Shown piece after piece: positions 37,696 through 46,673 of a stretch of DNA of 64,000 nt. The notes under the pieces were generated by a model. That model searched no databases. It was given only the letters and a program-made list of their open reading frames with translations, and was not told the DNA's origin. Every line of letters starts with the position of its first letter. Within the stretch, counting starts at the first letter, position 1. Source of the stretch: an uncultured Granulicella sp. GTDB taxonomy: Bacteria; Acidobacteriota; Terriglobia; Terriglobales; Acidobacteriaceae. The position numbers and the translations under genes are program-made. Location: contig OZ243921.1 in NCBI GenBank assembly GCA_965213785.1, positions 913,959 through 977,958 of the forward strand. The letters are read 5' to 3'.

Positions 37696-39336
37696 ATGAT
37701 CTCCACCTCGAACGTCTCCATGCGGTACGGCCAGAAGCTCCTCTTCGACGACGTCTCCGTCACCTTCCCCACCGGCGGACGCTACGGCCTCACCGGCCCC
37801 AACGGCGCCGGTAAATCCACCTTCATGAAGGTTCTGACCGGAGAGCTCGAGCCCCAGAAGGGCACCGTCGTCCGCCCACGCAAGATCGGCGTCCTCAAAC
37901 AGGACCAGTACGAGTTCGACGCCTACCGCGTCATCGACACCGTCATCATGGGCAACAAGCCCCTCTGGGCCGCCCTCGAAGAGCGCGAGATCATCTACAA
38001 CAAGCCGGAAATGACCGACGAAGATGGGTCGCGACTCGGCGAGCTCGAAGGCATCGTCGGCGAGGAAGACGGCTACGAGGCCGAATCCAACGCAGCGATT
38101 CTGCTGCAGGGATTGGACATCGCCGACGAACTCCACGAACGCAAGATGTCCGAGCTGCAGGGCGGCCAGAAGGTCCGCGTCCTCCTCTGCCAGGCCCTCT
38201 TCGGCGACCCGCAGGCCCTGCTGCTCGACGAGCCCACCAACTACCTCGATCTTGACTCCATCAACTGGCTCCAGGACTTCCTCGTCCGCTACAACGGCAC
38301 CCTCATCACCATCTCCCACGACCGTCACTTCCTGAACTCCGTCTGCACCCACATCGCCGACATCGACTACGAGACCATCATCCTCTATTCCGGCGGCTAC
38401 GACGACATGGTCGAGCAGAAGACCTCGATCCGCACCCGCATCGAAAGCCAAAACGAGCAGCGCGAGAAGAAGATCGCCCAGCTCAACGACTTCATCGCCC
38501 GCTTCTCCGCCGGAACCCGCTCCTCGCAAGTCAACTCCCGCAAAAAGGAAGTCGAACGCCTCGCCACCACCGACGTCGCCCGCTCCAACATCCAGCGGCC
38601 CTTCATCCGCTTCGAGCAAGCACGCCCCTCCGGCCGCAACATCCTCGACGTCGAAAAGGTCAACAAGTCCTACCCCCAGAAAGACGGCAAGGTCGAGCAC
38701 GTCATCGCCAACTTCACCGCCTCCTGCATGCGCGGCGACAAGATCGTCCTCATGGGCCGCAACGGCCAGGGCAAGACCACCATGCTCAAGGCGCTGCTCG
38801 CCAACGGCCCCGGCGTCGAAGAAAAAGACGTCTCCATCGACTCCGGCACGGTGAAATGGGGCCACGAAGCCCAGATCGGCTACTTCGCCCAGGACCATAA
38901 AGGCTCCATCCAGAAGGGCATGACCGCCTCCGACTGGCTCCACCAGTTCGACCCTACCGCCACCAAGGAAGACATCCGCGGCATCCTCGGCCAGATGCTC
39001 TTCCGCGGCGAAGAGGGCACCAAGATGACGGACGCCCTCTCCGGAGGCGAAGCCGCCCGCCTCCTCTTCTGCAAGCTCATGCTCCAGAAGCCCAACGTCC
39101 TCGTCCTCGACGAGCCCTCGAACCACCTGGACCTCGAAAGCATCAACGCCCTCAACCTCTCCCTCCAGAAGTACGAGGGCACGGTCCTCCTCGTCACCCA
39201 CGACCTCGACCTTATCAACGAGGTAGCCACCCGTATCTGGCACTTCCACGGCGGCCCCAAGCACTTCCAGATCGAAGACTTCAAAGGCCCCTACAGCGAG
39301 TACCTCCTCCAGCAGCAGATGACCGCCGCCCGGTAA
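37696..39336 (+). CDS. ABC-F family ATPase (YbiT-like)
   Basis: Two ABC domains (GPNGAGKST, LLLDEPTN; GRNGQGKTT, LSGGE, LDEPSN); no TM segments. Confidence 0.95.
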   Translation: MISTSNVSMRYGQKLLFDDVSVTFPTGGRYGLTGPNGAGKSTFMKVLTGELEPQKGTVVRPRKIGVLKQDQYEFDAYRVIDTVIMGNKPLWAALEEREIIYNKPEMTDEDGSRLGELEGIVGEEDGYEAESNAAILLQGLDIADELHERKMSELQGGQKVRVLLCQALFGDPQALLLDEPTNYLDLDSINWLQDFLVRYNGTLITISHDRHFLNSVCTHIADIDYETIILYSGGYDDMVEQKTSIRTRIESQNEQREKKIAQLNDFIARFSAGTRSSQVNSRKKEVERLATTDVARSNIQRPFIRFEQARPSGRNILDVEKVNKSYPQKDGKVEHVIANFTASCMRGDKIVLMGRNGQGKTTMLKALLANGPGVEEKDVSIDSGTVKWGHEAQIGYFAQDHKGSIQKGMTASDWLHQFDPTATKEDIRGILGQMLFRGEEGTKMTDALSGGEAARLLFCKLMLQKPNVLVLDEPSNHLDLESINALNLSLQKYEGTVLLVTHDLDLINEVATRIWHFHGGPKHFQIEDFKGPYSEYLLQQQMTAAR

Positions 39337-39438
39337 GCCGTCTTCAAGCCTAGTTCAAAATGCGGCAGAGACATGGCGAGCTGGCTTCATACGGACAGAC
39401 GACCCTGCAACTCAAGATCAGTCGAAAACCGGGTGACT

Positions 39439-40113
39439 TCAACGTTTGCAGCCGGCCGGGAGCATCCCTTCGCCTGGGTACTTACCACTATTTAGGGTAT
39501 CGAGGTTCCGTTTCTGTTGAGCAATCGTCGGGACGCAAAAGTCCGCCCGGATGAACTCAGGCAAAAACGTCTGGTTGTAAGGGCTTTGTGTACGGCCCGA
39601 GAACCGTGCCTTTTGTTCAGCGTTGACGGGATGGGGCTTCGTTGGATCCAGAGGATATTGAGTCCCGAAAATTTGTGGCTGTCTCGTAAGCTGCAGATAG
39701 CGGTCAAGCGTCGCCGCTACCAGCCACCTAGCATCAAGATTGCCCTTCACGAGAGATTCGGTCGCGAGAACATGAGCCATTAAGTAGTCGTCGGCGGTCT
39801 CGCCATGCTGTAGGACGAAAGCCGCCTTATACAGGTCTTCGGGTGACTTCAACTGTCCAGCGGTAAGCAACACACGCACCTCTTGGCTACGTCCGCGACC
39901 ACGTTGCTCATATTCGGCGATTGCTTCTGGTGTGATCTGAACAGGATGGTCAGTGTCATCGTCATGACGGAGCGTATCGATGTCGCGAAGCGGACTAGCC
40001 GGTAAAATCTTCTGGGCCAGCATCGGCAGGGAGAAACAAAGGACGAGAGAGAATGCTTGCACAAGCACTCTCTCGATGAAGCCGTGGGTGGGTCGCTTAG
40101 AAAGCATATTCAC
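39439..40113 (-). CDS. Hypothetical secreted protein in lower-GC segment
   Basis: 224 aa; signal-like N-terminus; AAFVLQHG...AHVLA...RWLVAATLDRYL...QIFGTQY. Confidence 0.7.
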   Translation of the reverse strand: MNMLSKRPTHGFIERVLVQAFSLVLCFSLPMLAQKILPASPLRDIDTLRHDDDTDHPVQITPEAIAEYEQRGRGRSQEVRVLLTAGQLKSPEDLYKAAFVLQHGETADDYLMAHVLATESLVKGNLDARWLVAATLDRYLQLTRQPQIFGTQYPLDPTKPHPVNAEQKARFSGRTQSPYNQTFLPEFIRADFCVPTIAQQKRNLDTLNSGKYPGEGMLPAGCKR

Positions 40114-40284
40114 CTTGTCTTATGAAGCTCCGAAGCCGCCACCTCGAAGTTCCTACCAACTTCAGTCCGTGCAGGAAGAAAAGCCCGTTCCTGGGTTATG
40201 TGAATGCATGGTCCACGCTTCCGTCAAGGGCTCCATTCGGCTGCAGAGCGCAGTTCGGTCAGGATCGGTGAAATACTAGCTACC

Positions 40285-40695
40285 ATGCCCTCCGAACTCG
40301 CTCCCCGGCCCCACGTCCCCGAAGGCAAGAACGTCCTCGGCCAGCCCCTGCAGGTCTGCGGCTGCGACCCCATGACCGGCTTCTACCGGAACGGCTGCTG
40401 CGAAACCGGCCCCGACGACCTCGGCGTCCACACCGTCTGCTGCATCGTCGATGCCGCCTTCCTCGAAGCCTCCAAGCGCCTCGGCAACGACCTCTCCACC
40501 CCGCACCCCCAGTACGGCTTCCCCGGCCTCAAACCCGGCGACCGCTGGTGCGTCTGCGCCGCCCGCTGGCTCCAGGTCCAGCAAGCCGGAGCCGCCTGCC
40601 CCGTCGTCCTCGAAGCTACCCACGAAAACACCCTCAAGATCGTCCCCTTCGACCTCCTCATCCAGCACGCGGTGATCCCCGACCGCCTCCAGTAA
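40285..40695 (+). CDS. DUF2237-family protein
   Basis: NVLGQPL..C..DPMTGFYRNGCC, GNDLSTP, FPGLKPGDRWCVCAARW and ATHE. Confidence 0.93.
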   Translation: MPSELAPRPHVPEGKNVLGQPLQVCGCDPMTGFYRNGCCETGPDDLGVHTVCCIVDAAFLEASKRLGNDLSTPHPQYGFPGLKPGDRWCVCAARWLQVQQAGAACPVVLEATHENTLKIVPFDLLIQHAVIPDRLQ

Positions 40696-40805
40696 GCTTT
40701 CGAACCGCGCTCGGCATCAGCACGCCGTCATCCCCGACCGCCTCCAGTAAGCTTTCGAACCGCGCTCGGCATCGGCACGAAGTCATCCCTGACCGCCTAC
40801 GGTAA
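40659..40805 (+). repeat. 55-bp tandem repeat (~2.7 copies) that includes the 3' end of the DUF2237 gene
   Basis: GACCGCCT core at 40681, 40736 and 40791. The first two copies continue identically as CCAGTAAGCTTTCGAACCGCGCTCGGCATC. Confidence 0.9.
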
Positions 40806-40860
40806 ACCCTCGAATCCGCCGCGCAGCGCACCCACCGCCCTTGCGGTTGCATGTTTCACG

Positions 40861-40905
40861 CCGTCATCCTGAACGAAGTGTAGGACCCCGTATTTGGCCG
40901 TTGCT
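40861..40905 (+). repeat. REP-like (CGTC-type) unit
   Basis: CCGTCATCCTGAACGAAGTGTAGGACCC resembles CGTC-tagged palindromes and the reverse-strand units at 22.5 kb. Confidence 0.45.
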
Positions 40906-41160
40906 CCTGCGTCTCCGTCGTTTGCAACCACCCAGTAACTCACCCCTATCGCCCCCTTTCGTTGCCGCCCGATGAAACTCATCCCCTACCCGGCGTTTCC
41001 CCTTGACAGCCTCCGTGCAAAGCTTGACGCTTAAGTTATTACCTAAATTTCACCGGCCCCCGTACCCGAACGGCCCGCGCTTCCCGCAAGCGCTCCCCGT
41101 TCTCCCCGGAGACCCAGTACAACCCGCATCCACCCTCGGCCCCACGGAGCCCTCTCACTC

Positions 41161-44100
41161 ATGACCTGCACCGCCTTCTTCCACACCACCCGGCGCTACA
41201 CCACCCACGCCCTCCTCCTCGCCGCCCTCGCCCTGCCTGCTGTAGCCCCCCTTGTAGCTCAGACCGCCGCCCTCGGCAACATCGCCGGAGACGTCCGCGA
41301 CGCCTCCGGAGCCCTCGTCTCCGGAACCACCGTCGTCGTCACCAACACCGGCACCGGCGCCTCCCGCACCCTCACCACCGACGCCCAGGGCCACTACGCC
41401 GCCACCTTCCTCCAGCCCGGCGTCTACGAAATCATCGTTGGCGGAGGCTCCCTCGGCACCGTCGATCGCAAGGGCGTCCCCGTCACCGTAGGCGATACTG
41501 CCACCATCGACGCCGTACTCCCCGCGGCCACCGTCACGACCGACGTCCTCGTCACCAGCAGCACCCCGCTGCTCGACACCGAAAAGGTCGAAGCCTCCCA
41601 GACCGTCTCCCAGACGCTGGTCGAGAACCTCCCCGTCAACGGGCGACGCTGGGACAACTTCGTCCTGCTCACCCCCAATGTCGCCCCCGACGGCAACACC
41701 GGCCTCATCTCCTACCGCGGCATCTCCGGCCTCTACAACACCAACCTCGTCGACGGTGCCAACAACCAGCAGGCCTTCTTCTCCGAGGCCCGCGGCCGCT
41801 CCATTGGAGCCCCTTACATCTACCCGCTCGACTCCATCCAGGAGTTCCAGTCCTCCGTCACCGGCTACTCCGCCGAGCTCGGCCAGGCCGCCGGCGGCAT
41901 CGTGAACGCCATCACGAAATCGGGAACCAACCGCCTCCACGGCGACGCCTTCGAGTACTACCGTACCCCGGGCTTCAACGCCCTCGACGCCCAGAGCAAA
42001 TACCAGGGTCGACTCACTAACAATCCCTTTCTCCTCACCCAGCCCATCAAGGTGCAACACCAGTTCGGTGTCTCGGTCGGCGGCCCCATCGTCAAGGACA
42101 AGCTCTTCTTCCACTTCACCTACGACGGCTTCCGCCGCGTCAATCCCATCGCCTACCTTTCCACCTACAACACCTCCACCACCTCCGTCGCCAACCTCGT
42201 TCACCTCTGCGATCAGGGCACGACCAACCTGGTAGACGGCACGGCCACCTTCCCCACCACCATCACCGGCATCACCCCCGCCAACTGCTCTGCCGCCGTC
42301 AACTTCGTCCAGACCAAGCTGCTCGGCTCCTTTGCTCGTAACGCCACCCAGAACATCTACTTTCCCCGCCTCGACTATCAGCTCTCCTCCAAGACCCACC
42401 TCTCCACCACCTACCTGCTCCAGCACTTCACCCAGCCCAACGGCTACAACGCCAACACCACCGTCAATAACGGCTCCGTGACCCAGAACGGAACCCTTGA
42501 CTTCAAGGCGCGCTTCCTGGTCGTGAACGCGGAAAGCGCCCTCAATCCAACCACCTCGAACGTCGTCCACTTCCAGTACTCGAACGATATCGAAACCGCC
42601 ACTACCAACACCGGTGGCCCGGCGAACTCCGTCACCAACGTCTTCGCTTATGGCGAAACCGGCGCTCTGCCCCGCGCCGCCTTCCCCATTGAAGATCGCT
42701 ACCAGTTCACCGATATCTTCTCCAAAACCTTCGGCAAGCACTCCGTCAAGGCCGGAGCCGACGTCAATCTCATCCACGAGCAGATCGCCAACCTCTTCGG
42801 CGGCGATGGCAGCTTCACCTACTCCACATCCATCGGGGCCGAGGGTAACTTCGCCAACTGGATTCAGGACGTCTACGGCGTCAACGGCGGCCGGCACTAC
42901 AGCGGCTTCTCTCAGACCACCGACCCCATCACCGGAGTCGGAGCCGACGATTTCTGGAACAAGAACCTCGACGCCTTCGTCGAAGACGCCTGGAAGGTAA
43001 CTCCCAAGCTGCTCCTCGATCTCGGCGTCCGCTACGACATCCAGCTCGTACCCCAGCCTGACCGGCCCAACAACACCAGCGCCCCGGCCTTCGCCGCAAC
43101 CTCCACTATCGCTATCGACTACGGCATGGCCGCGCCCCGCGTCGGCTTCTCCTACTCGCCCATGGAAGGCACCGTCGTCCGCGGCGGCTACGGTATCTTT
43201 TACGGCCTCACCTCCAACTCCACCTACTACACCACCCGGCGTGAAAACGGCGTCTATCAACAGCAGTTCTCGGTCACCCCCACCGGCGTCCCCGCCGGCT
43301 ACACCGCCGCCAGCGCCACCTGCGTCCCAGCAGCCGGAACCAACCGCTGCCTCACCCAGAACCAGTCGAACGGCTCCGCCGCGGTCTACCAGGCCTACGC
43401 GCCCGTCGGCGGCGTTCCCGCCTTCCTGCCCCCCGGCCCCTCGCCCATCAATCAGGTCACCATGGCTGCGTTGACCCCGGTCAACCCCGGCCTCCCCGCC
43501 TCTACCCTCAACATCCGTGGCAACGAACCCGGCTTCCAGAATCCCTTCACCCACTCCGTCGACCTCGCCGTCGAGCAGCAGCTTCCGCTCCGCACCACCC
43601 TCTCGCTCGGCTACGTCGGAACCCGCGGCATGCGCCTCCCCGTCGCGGTCGACACCAACATCGATCCCACCTCCGTCGTCACCAACGATCCCTACACCTA
43701 CATCAACAACGGCGTCACCCAGCAGATCTTCGTCCCCATCTACACCCGCCGCCTTTCCACCAACACCGGCTCCGTCCTCACCGACATCTCGGACATCAAC
43801 AGCTGGTACCACTCCCTCGCCGTCTCCGTCCAAACCCAGATGAGCCACGGCTTTCAACTCCTGGCCAACTACACCTGGGCCAAGAACATGGATGGCGGCC
43901 AGTCCTCCGGAACCAACGGCACCTTCAACGGCACCGACGCGCCCATCATCCCGTTTGCTCTTGGCCACCGTCAGGGACGCGGCGCCGAGTACGCCCGCTC
44001 CGATCTCGACCAGCGCGGACGCTTCGTCGGCAGCCTCGTCGCCCGATCCAACTTCCCCATCGGTGAGCGCTTCCTCGCCTACGCCGCGAACGGATGGCTT

Positions 44101-44610
44101 GTCTCCGGAACCTTCACCGCGCAGACCGGCTTCCCCCTCACCTCCTACTTCCAGAACGGCATCTCCCTCTCCTCTACCCTGGCCGGTTCTAAGCTGCCCT
44201 CCATCATCTCTGGAGACGGTGGCGTCTCCGGAGCCGTAGTCACCTCCGGAACCGGAACCCGCGTACCAGACCAGATAGCCCGGCGCAACGCCTTCACCGG
44301 CCCCGGCATCCATAACCTCGACTCCCGTATCTCACGCGAGTTTCCCGTCTTCCGCCAGGGAATGCGCTTCGAGATCGCCGCCGAAGGATTCAACGTCCTC
44401 AACCATCGCAATGTCATCGGCGTCAGCACCTCTGGCTACACCTTCGTCGCTCCCGGCGGAACATACACGGGAGGAACCTGCCCGGCTGCCTCCATCAATG
44501 CCGGTTGCATCGTCCCCTACACCGCAACCGCCTTCGGGGCGCAAACCAGCACCTCCAGCACCCTCTACGGAGCCCGCCAGCTCCAGCTCCTCGGCAAGTT
44601 CTACTTCTAA
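41161..44610 (+). CDS. Oar-like TonB-dependent receptor with carboxypeptidase-regulatory-like N-domain
   Basis: Signal peptide, GNIAGDVRDASGA, LPVNGRRWDNFVLLTP, NAITKSGTNRLHG, LGVRYD and C-terminal RQLQLLGKFYF. Confidence 0.93.
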   Translation: MTCTAFFHTTRRYTTHALLLAALALPAVAPLVAQTAALGNIAGDVRDASGALVSGTTVVVTNTGTGASRTLTTDAQGHYAATFLQPGVYEIIVGGGSLGTVDRKGVPVTVGDTATIDAVLPAATVTTDVLVTSSTPLLDTEKVEASQTVSQTLVENLPVNGRRWDNFVLLTPNVAPDGNTGLISYRGISGLYNTNLVDGANNQQAFFSEARGRSIGAPYIYPLDSIQEFQSSVTGYSAELGQAAGGIVNAITKSGTNRLHGDAFEYYRTPGFNALDAQSKYQGRLTNNPFLLTQPIKVQHQFGVSVGGPIVKDKLFFHFTYDGFRRVNPIAYLSTYNTSTTSVANLVHLCDQGTTNLVDGTATFPTTITGITPANCSAAVNFVQTKLLGSFARNATQNIYFPRLDYQLSSKTHLSTTYLLQHFTQPNGYNANTTVNNGSVTQNGTLDFKARFLVVNAESALNPTTSNVVHFQYSNDIETATTNTGGPANSVTNVFAYGETGALPRAAFPIEDRYQFTDIFSKTFGKHSVKAGADVNLIHEQIANLFGGDGSFTYSTSIGAEGNFANWIQDVYGVNGGRHYSGFSQTTDPITGVGADDFWNKNLDAFVEDAWKVTPKLLLDLGVRYDIQLVPQPDRPNNTSAPAFAATSTIAIDYGMAAPRVGFSYSPMEGTVVRGGYGIFYGLTSNSTYYTTRRENGVYQQQFSVTPTGVPAGYTAASATCVPAAGTNRCLTQNQSNGSAAVYQAYAPVGGVPAFLPPGPSPINQVTMAALTPVNPGLPASTLNIRGNEPGFQNPFTHSVDLAVEQQLPLRTTLSLGYVGTRGMRLPVAVDTNIDPTSVVTNDPYTYINNGVTQQIFVPIYTRRLSTNTGSVLTDISDINSWYHSLAVSVQTQMSHGFQLLANYTWAKNMDGGQSSGTNGTFNGTDAPIIPFALGHRQGRGAEYARSDLDQRGRFVGSLVARSNFPIGERFLAYAANGWLVSGTFTAQTGFPLTSYFQNGISLSSTLAGSKLPSIISGDGGVSGAVVTSGTGTRVPDQIARRNAFTGPGIHNLDSRISREFPVFRQGMRFEIAAEGFNVLNHRNVIGVSTSGYTFVAPGGTYTGGTCPAASINAGCIVPYTATAFGAQTSTSSTLYGARQLQLLGKFYF

Positions 44611-45063
44611 CCAGCAATCACCAGCAGCGAACCAGCAGCGAACGGCGACGGCGGCCTCTCCGGCGCCGAGCTCTCCCTCTTCAACTCCGGCACCCCCGGC
44701 CGCGTCCCCGACGCCATCGCCCGCCGAAACTCCTTCATCGGTCCCGGCATCCACAACGTAGACGCCCGCATCTCCCGCACCTTCCCCCTCCACGAGCGCT
44801 TCAGCCTCCAGCTCATCGCTGAAGCCTTCAACGTCGCCAACCACAAGAACATCCTCACCGTCTCCAGCAGCCTCTACAACTTCACCAACCCGAACACCAC
44901 CGTAGCCACCTCTGCCGGAACCGTCGCCTGCCCCGCCTCCTACGGCTCGGGCTGCATCACGGCCCTCCCCAGCAGCTCCACCCCCTTCGCCACCCAGACC
45001 GGAACTAGCGCGATCCTCTACGGACCCCGCCAGCTCCAACTCGCCGCCAAACTCTTCTTCTAA
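44611..45063 (+). other. Start-less alternative C-terminal cassette of the upstream TonB-dependent receptor
   Basis: 150 uninterrupted codons in the same frame directly after TAA 44608-44610, with no ATG/GTG/TTG. Reads GDGGLSGA..RVPDAIARRNSFIGPGIHNVDARISR..EAFNVANHKN..LYGPRQLQLAAKLFF*, homologous to the receptor's last ~132 aa. Confidence 0.85.
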
Positions 45064-45263
45064 CCACACCCGCTGCAAGGCGCATGTCTCATAACGCCCT
45101 TCCGGGGTACCCCATGGCTAGACGGGAGTAACCATCCCAGGCGCACCACGGTGTACCCTTCACCGCCGATCGAACACCACCCGATCTTCGCTTATCGCTA
45201 TCATCGGCGCAGCGGGAAGAAACATGAGCCCCCAAATAGAGAAAGTTGGAGATCTCAAACATC

Positions 45264-45518
45264 ATGACCAGCCCCTACTTCGAAATCAGCGACCGCTTCC
45301 GCCTCGCCGTCGAAAAGAGAATTGCCCGGCTGGAGCAGGGCGCCGCCCACGACACAGACCAACTCGCACAGATCACCTGCGACGATCATCGCAAGCGCCA
45401 GCGACAACTCATCAATACCCAGATCGAGATCGCCGTACAGCTCCGCGCCCGCCTCAGCTTCACCGGCGCCATCCCTGCAGACTTCATCCTCTCCTCCACC
45501 TGCCTCGCCGAAAGGTAG
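45264..45518 (+). CDS. Small hypothetical protein (84 aa, coiled-coil-like)
   Basis: GGAG upstream; C-ending codon bias matches neighbours. Confidence 0.55.
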   Translation: MTSPYFEISDRFRLAVEKRIARLEQGAAHDTDQLAQITCDDHRKRQRQLINTQIEIAVQLRARLSFTGAIPADFILSSTCLAER

Positions 45519-45591
45519 GGTCCAAACGGGCCACTCGGCCCAACACTTCAGCCGCCCGATGTCGTCTAATCAAGCTGGAGACGATCCAAGG

Positions 45592-46668
45592 ATGCCGCTG
45601 TTTGCCCAAAGCCCTCTGAAGCGAAGCCGCCTGCCCGCCGCACTGCTTCCCCTCCTCCTGTGCCTGGCGTGTACCGGCCCTGCCCAGTCTCGCCGAACCG
45701 CACCCATCCCGGAGACGTCGGCCCAGGCTCCGCACCGCACCCGCCTCATCCTCAAAGACGGCTCCTATCAGCTCGTGATGAGCTATACCGTCAGCGGCTC
45801 CATCGTGCACTTCATCAGCGCCGAGCGCGGCGGCGACCTTGAAGAGATTCCCACTGCCCTCGTCGATCTCGAAGCCACCCGCCGCTACGAGCAGGCCCAC
45901 GCCCCCCAGCCAGACCCGGCCGACCCGCAGCAAGCCCGCCCCCCCGCCCTCGATCCCGAGCTCGTTAAAGAAGAGGCCGCCCGCGCCGCGCTCACCCCCG
46001 AGATCGCCCCGAACCTCCGTCTCGCCACCGAAGACGCCGTCCTCCTGCTCGACACCTTCCAGGGGACGCCCGAGCTCATCCCCCTGGCCCAGACCGGTGG
46101 CGAGCTCAACAGGAATACCGGCCACAGCATCCTGAAAAGTAAGATCAACCCGCTCGCCAGCACTCACCAGATCGCTCAAATCAAAGGCACCCGCGCACCC
46201 GTCCAGGCCCACGTGGATACCCCCATCCTCTACCTTCGTCTCGGGGACGAAACCGCTCCGACCGGCAGCGCACCCCTGGTCGTCGACACCCACTCCGCCC
46301 AGGGCAACGCCCCCACCGTGCCCTCAGGAGGTTCCGCGGACTCCCGCTACGTCATCGTTCAGGCCGACGTCCGCCAGGACGTCCGCGTCCTCACCAGCTT
46401 TAAAATCAGCGCCTTCGGCAACGTGCAGCGGCAGGAAGACGTCATCGAAACCACCACCGAGGTCCTTCCCGGAGGCCATTGGATGAAGCTCACTCCTCGC
46501 CGTCCCCTCGGCTTCGGCGAGTACGCCCTCATGGAGGTTCTGTCCGAGCACGAACTCAACCTTGGCGTCTGGGACTTCGGCGTCCATCCCACCGCCCCTG
46601 AAAACCGCGACGCCCTGCACCCGGAGGCGCCCCGTCCGGCCACCCTCGAGCGCCGCTCCCGTAACTAG
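45592..46668 (+). CDS. Hypothetical secreted protein
   Basis: Signal-like segment, RTRLILKDGSYQ, and C-terminal LTPRRPLGFGEYALME..VWDFGV. Start may be 45559. Confidence 0.75.
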   Translation: MPLFAQSPLKRSRLPAALLPLLLCLACTGPAQSRRTAPIPETSAQAPHRTRLILKDGSYQLVMSYTVSGSIVHFISAERGGDLEEIPTALVDLEATRRYEQAHAPQPDPADPQQARPPALDPELVKEEAARAALTPEIAPNLRLATEDAVLLLDTFQGTPELIPLAQTGGELNRNTGHSILKSKINPLASTHQIAQIKGTRAPVQAHVDTPILYLRLGDETAPTGSAPLVVDTHSAQGNAPTVPSGGSADSRYVIVQADVRQDVRVLTSFKISAFGNVQRQEDVIETTTEVLPGGHWMKLTPRRPLGFGEYALMEVLSEHELNLGVWDFGVHPTAPENRDALHPEAPRPATLERRSRN

Positions 46669-46673
46669 CCTCA

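Noticed and set aside
39430-39853. 14-bp direct repeat CGGGTGACTTCAAC at 39430 and 39840
   Set aside because: One copy is mid-gene and the pair does not bracket the low-GC segment; probably chance.
40659-40805. Possible mini-CRISPR array
   Set aside because: Units repeat over their full length with no unique spacers, overlap a gene end, and no cas genes are present.
41155-44313. 1052-aa minus-strand ORF (and 44332-45078)
   Set aside because: Antisense shadows of the TonB-dependent receptor and its cassette, caused by C-ending codon bias.
44608-44622. Programmed stop-codon read-through into the receptor cassette
   Set aside because: No recognised recoding signal (UAA, no SECIS/PYLIS-like element), and a doubled barrel end would be structurally implausible; recombination or relic status is more likely.
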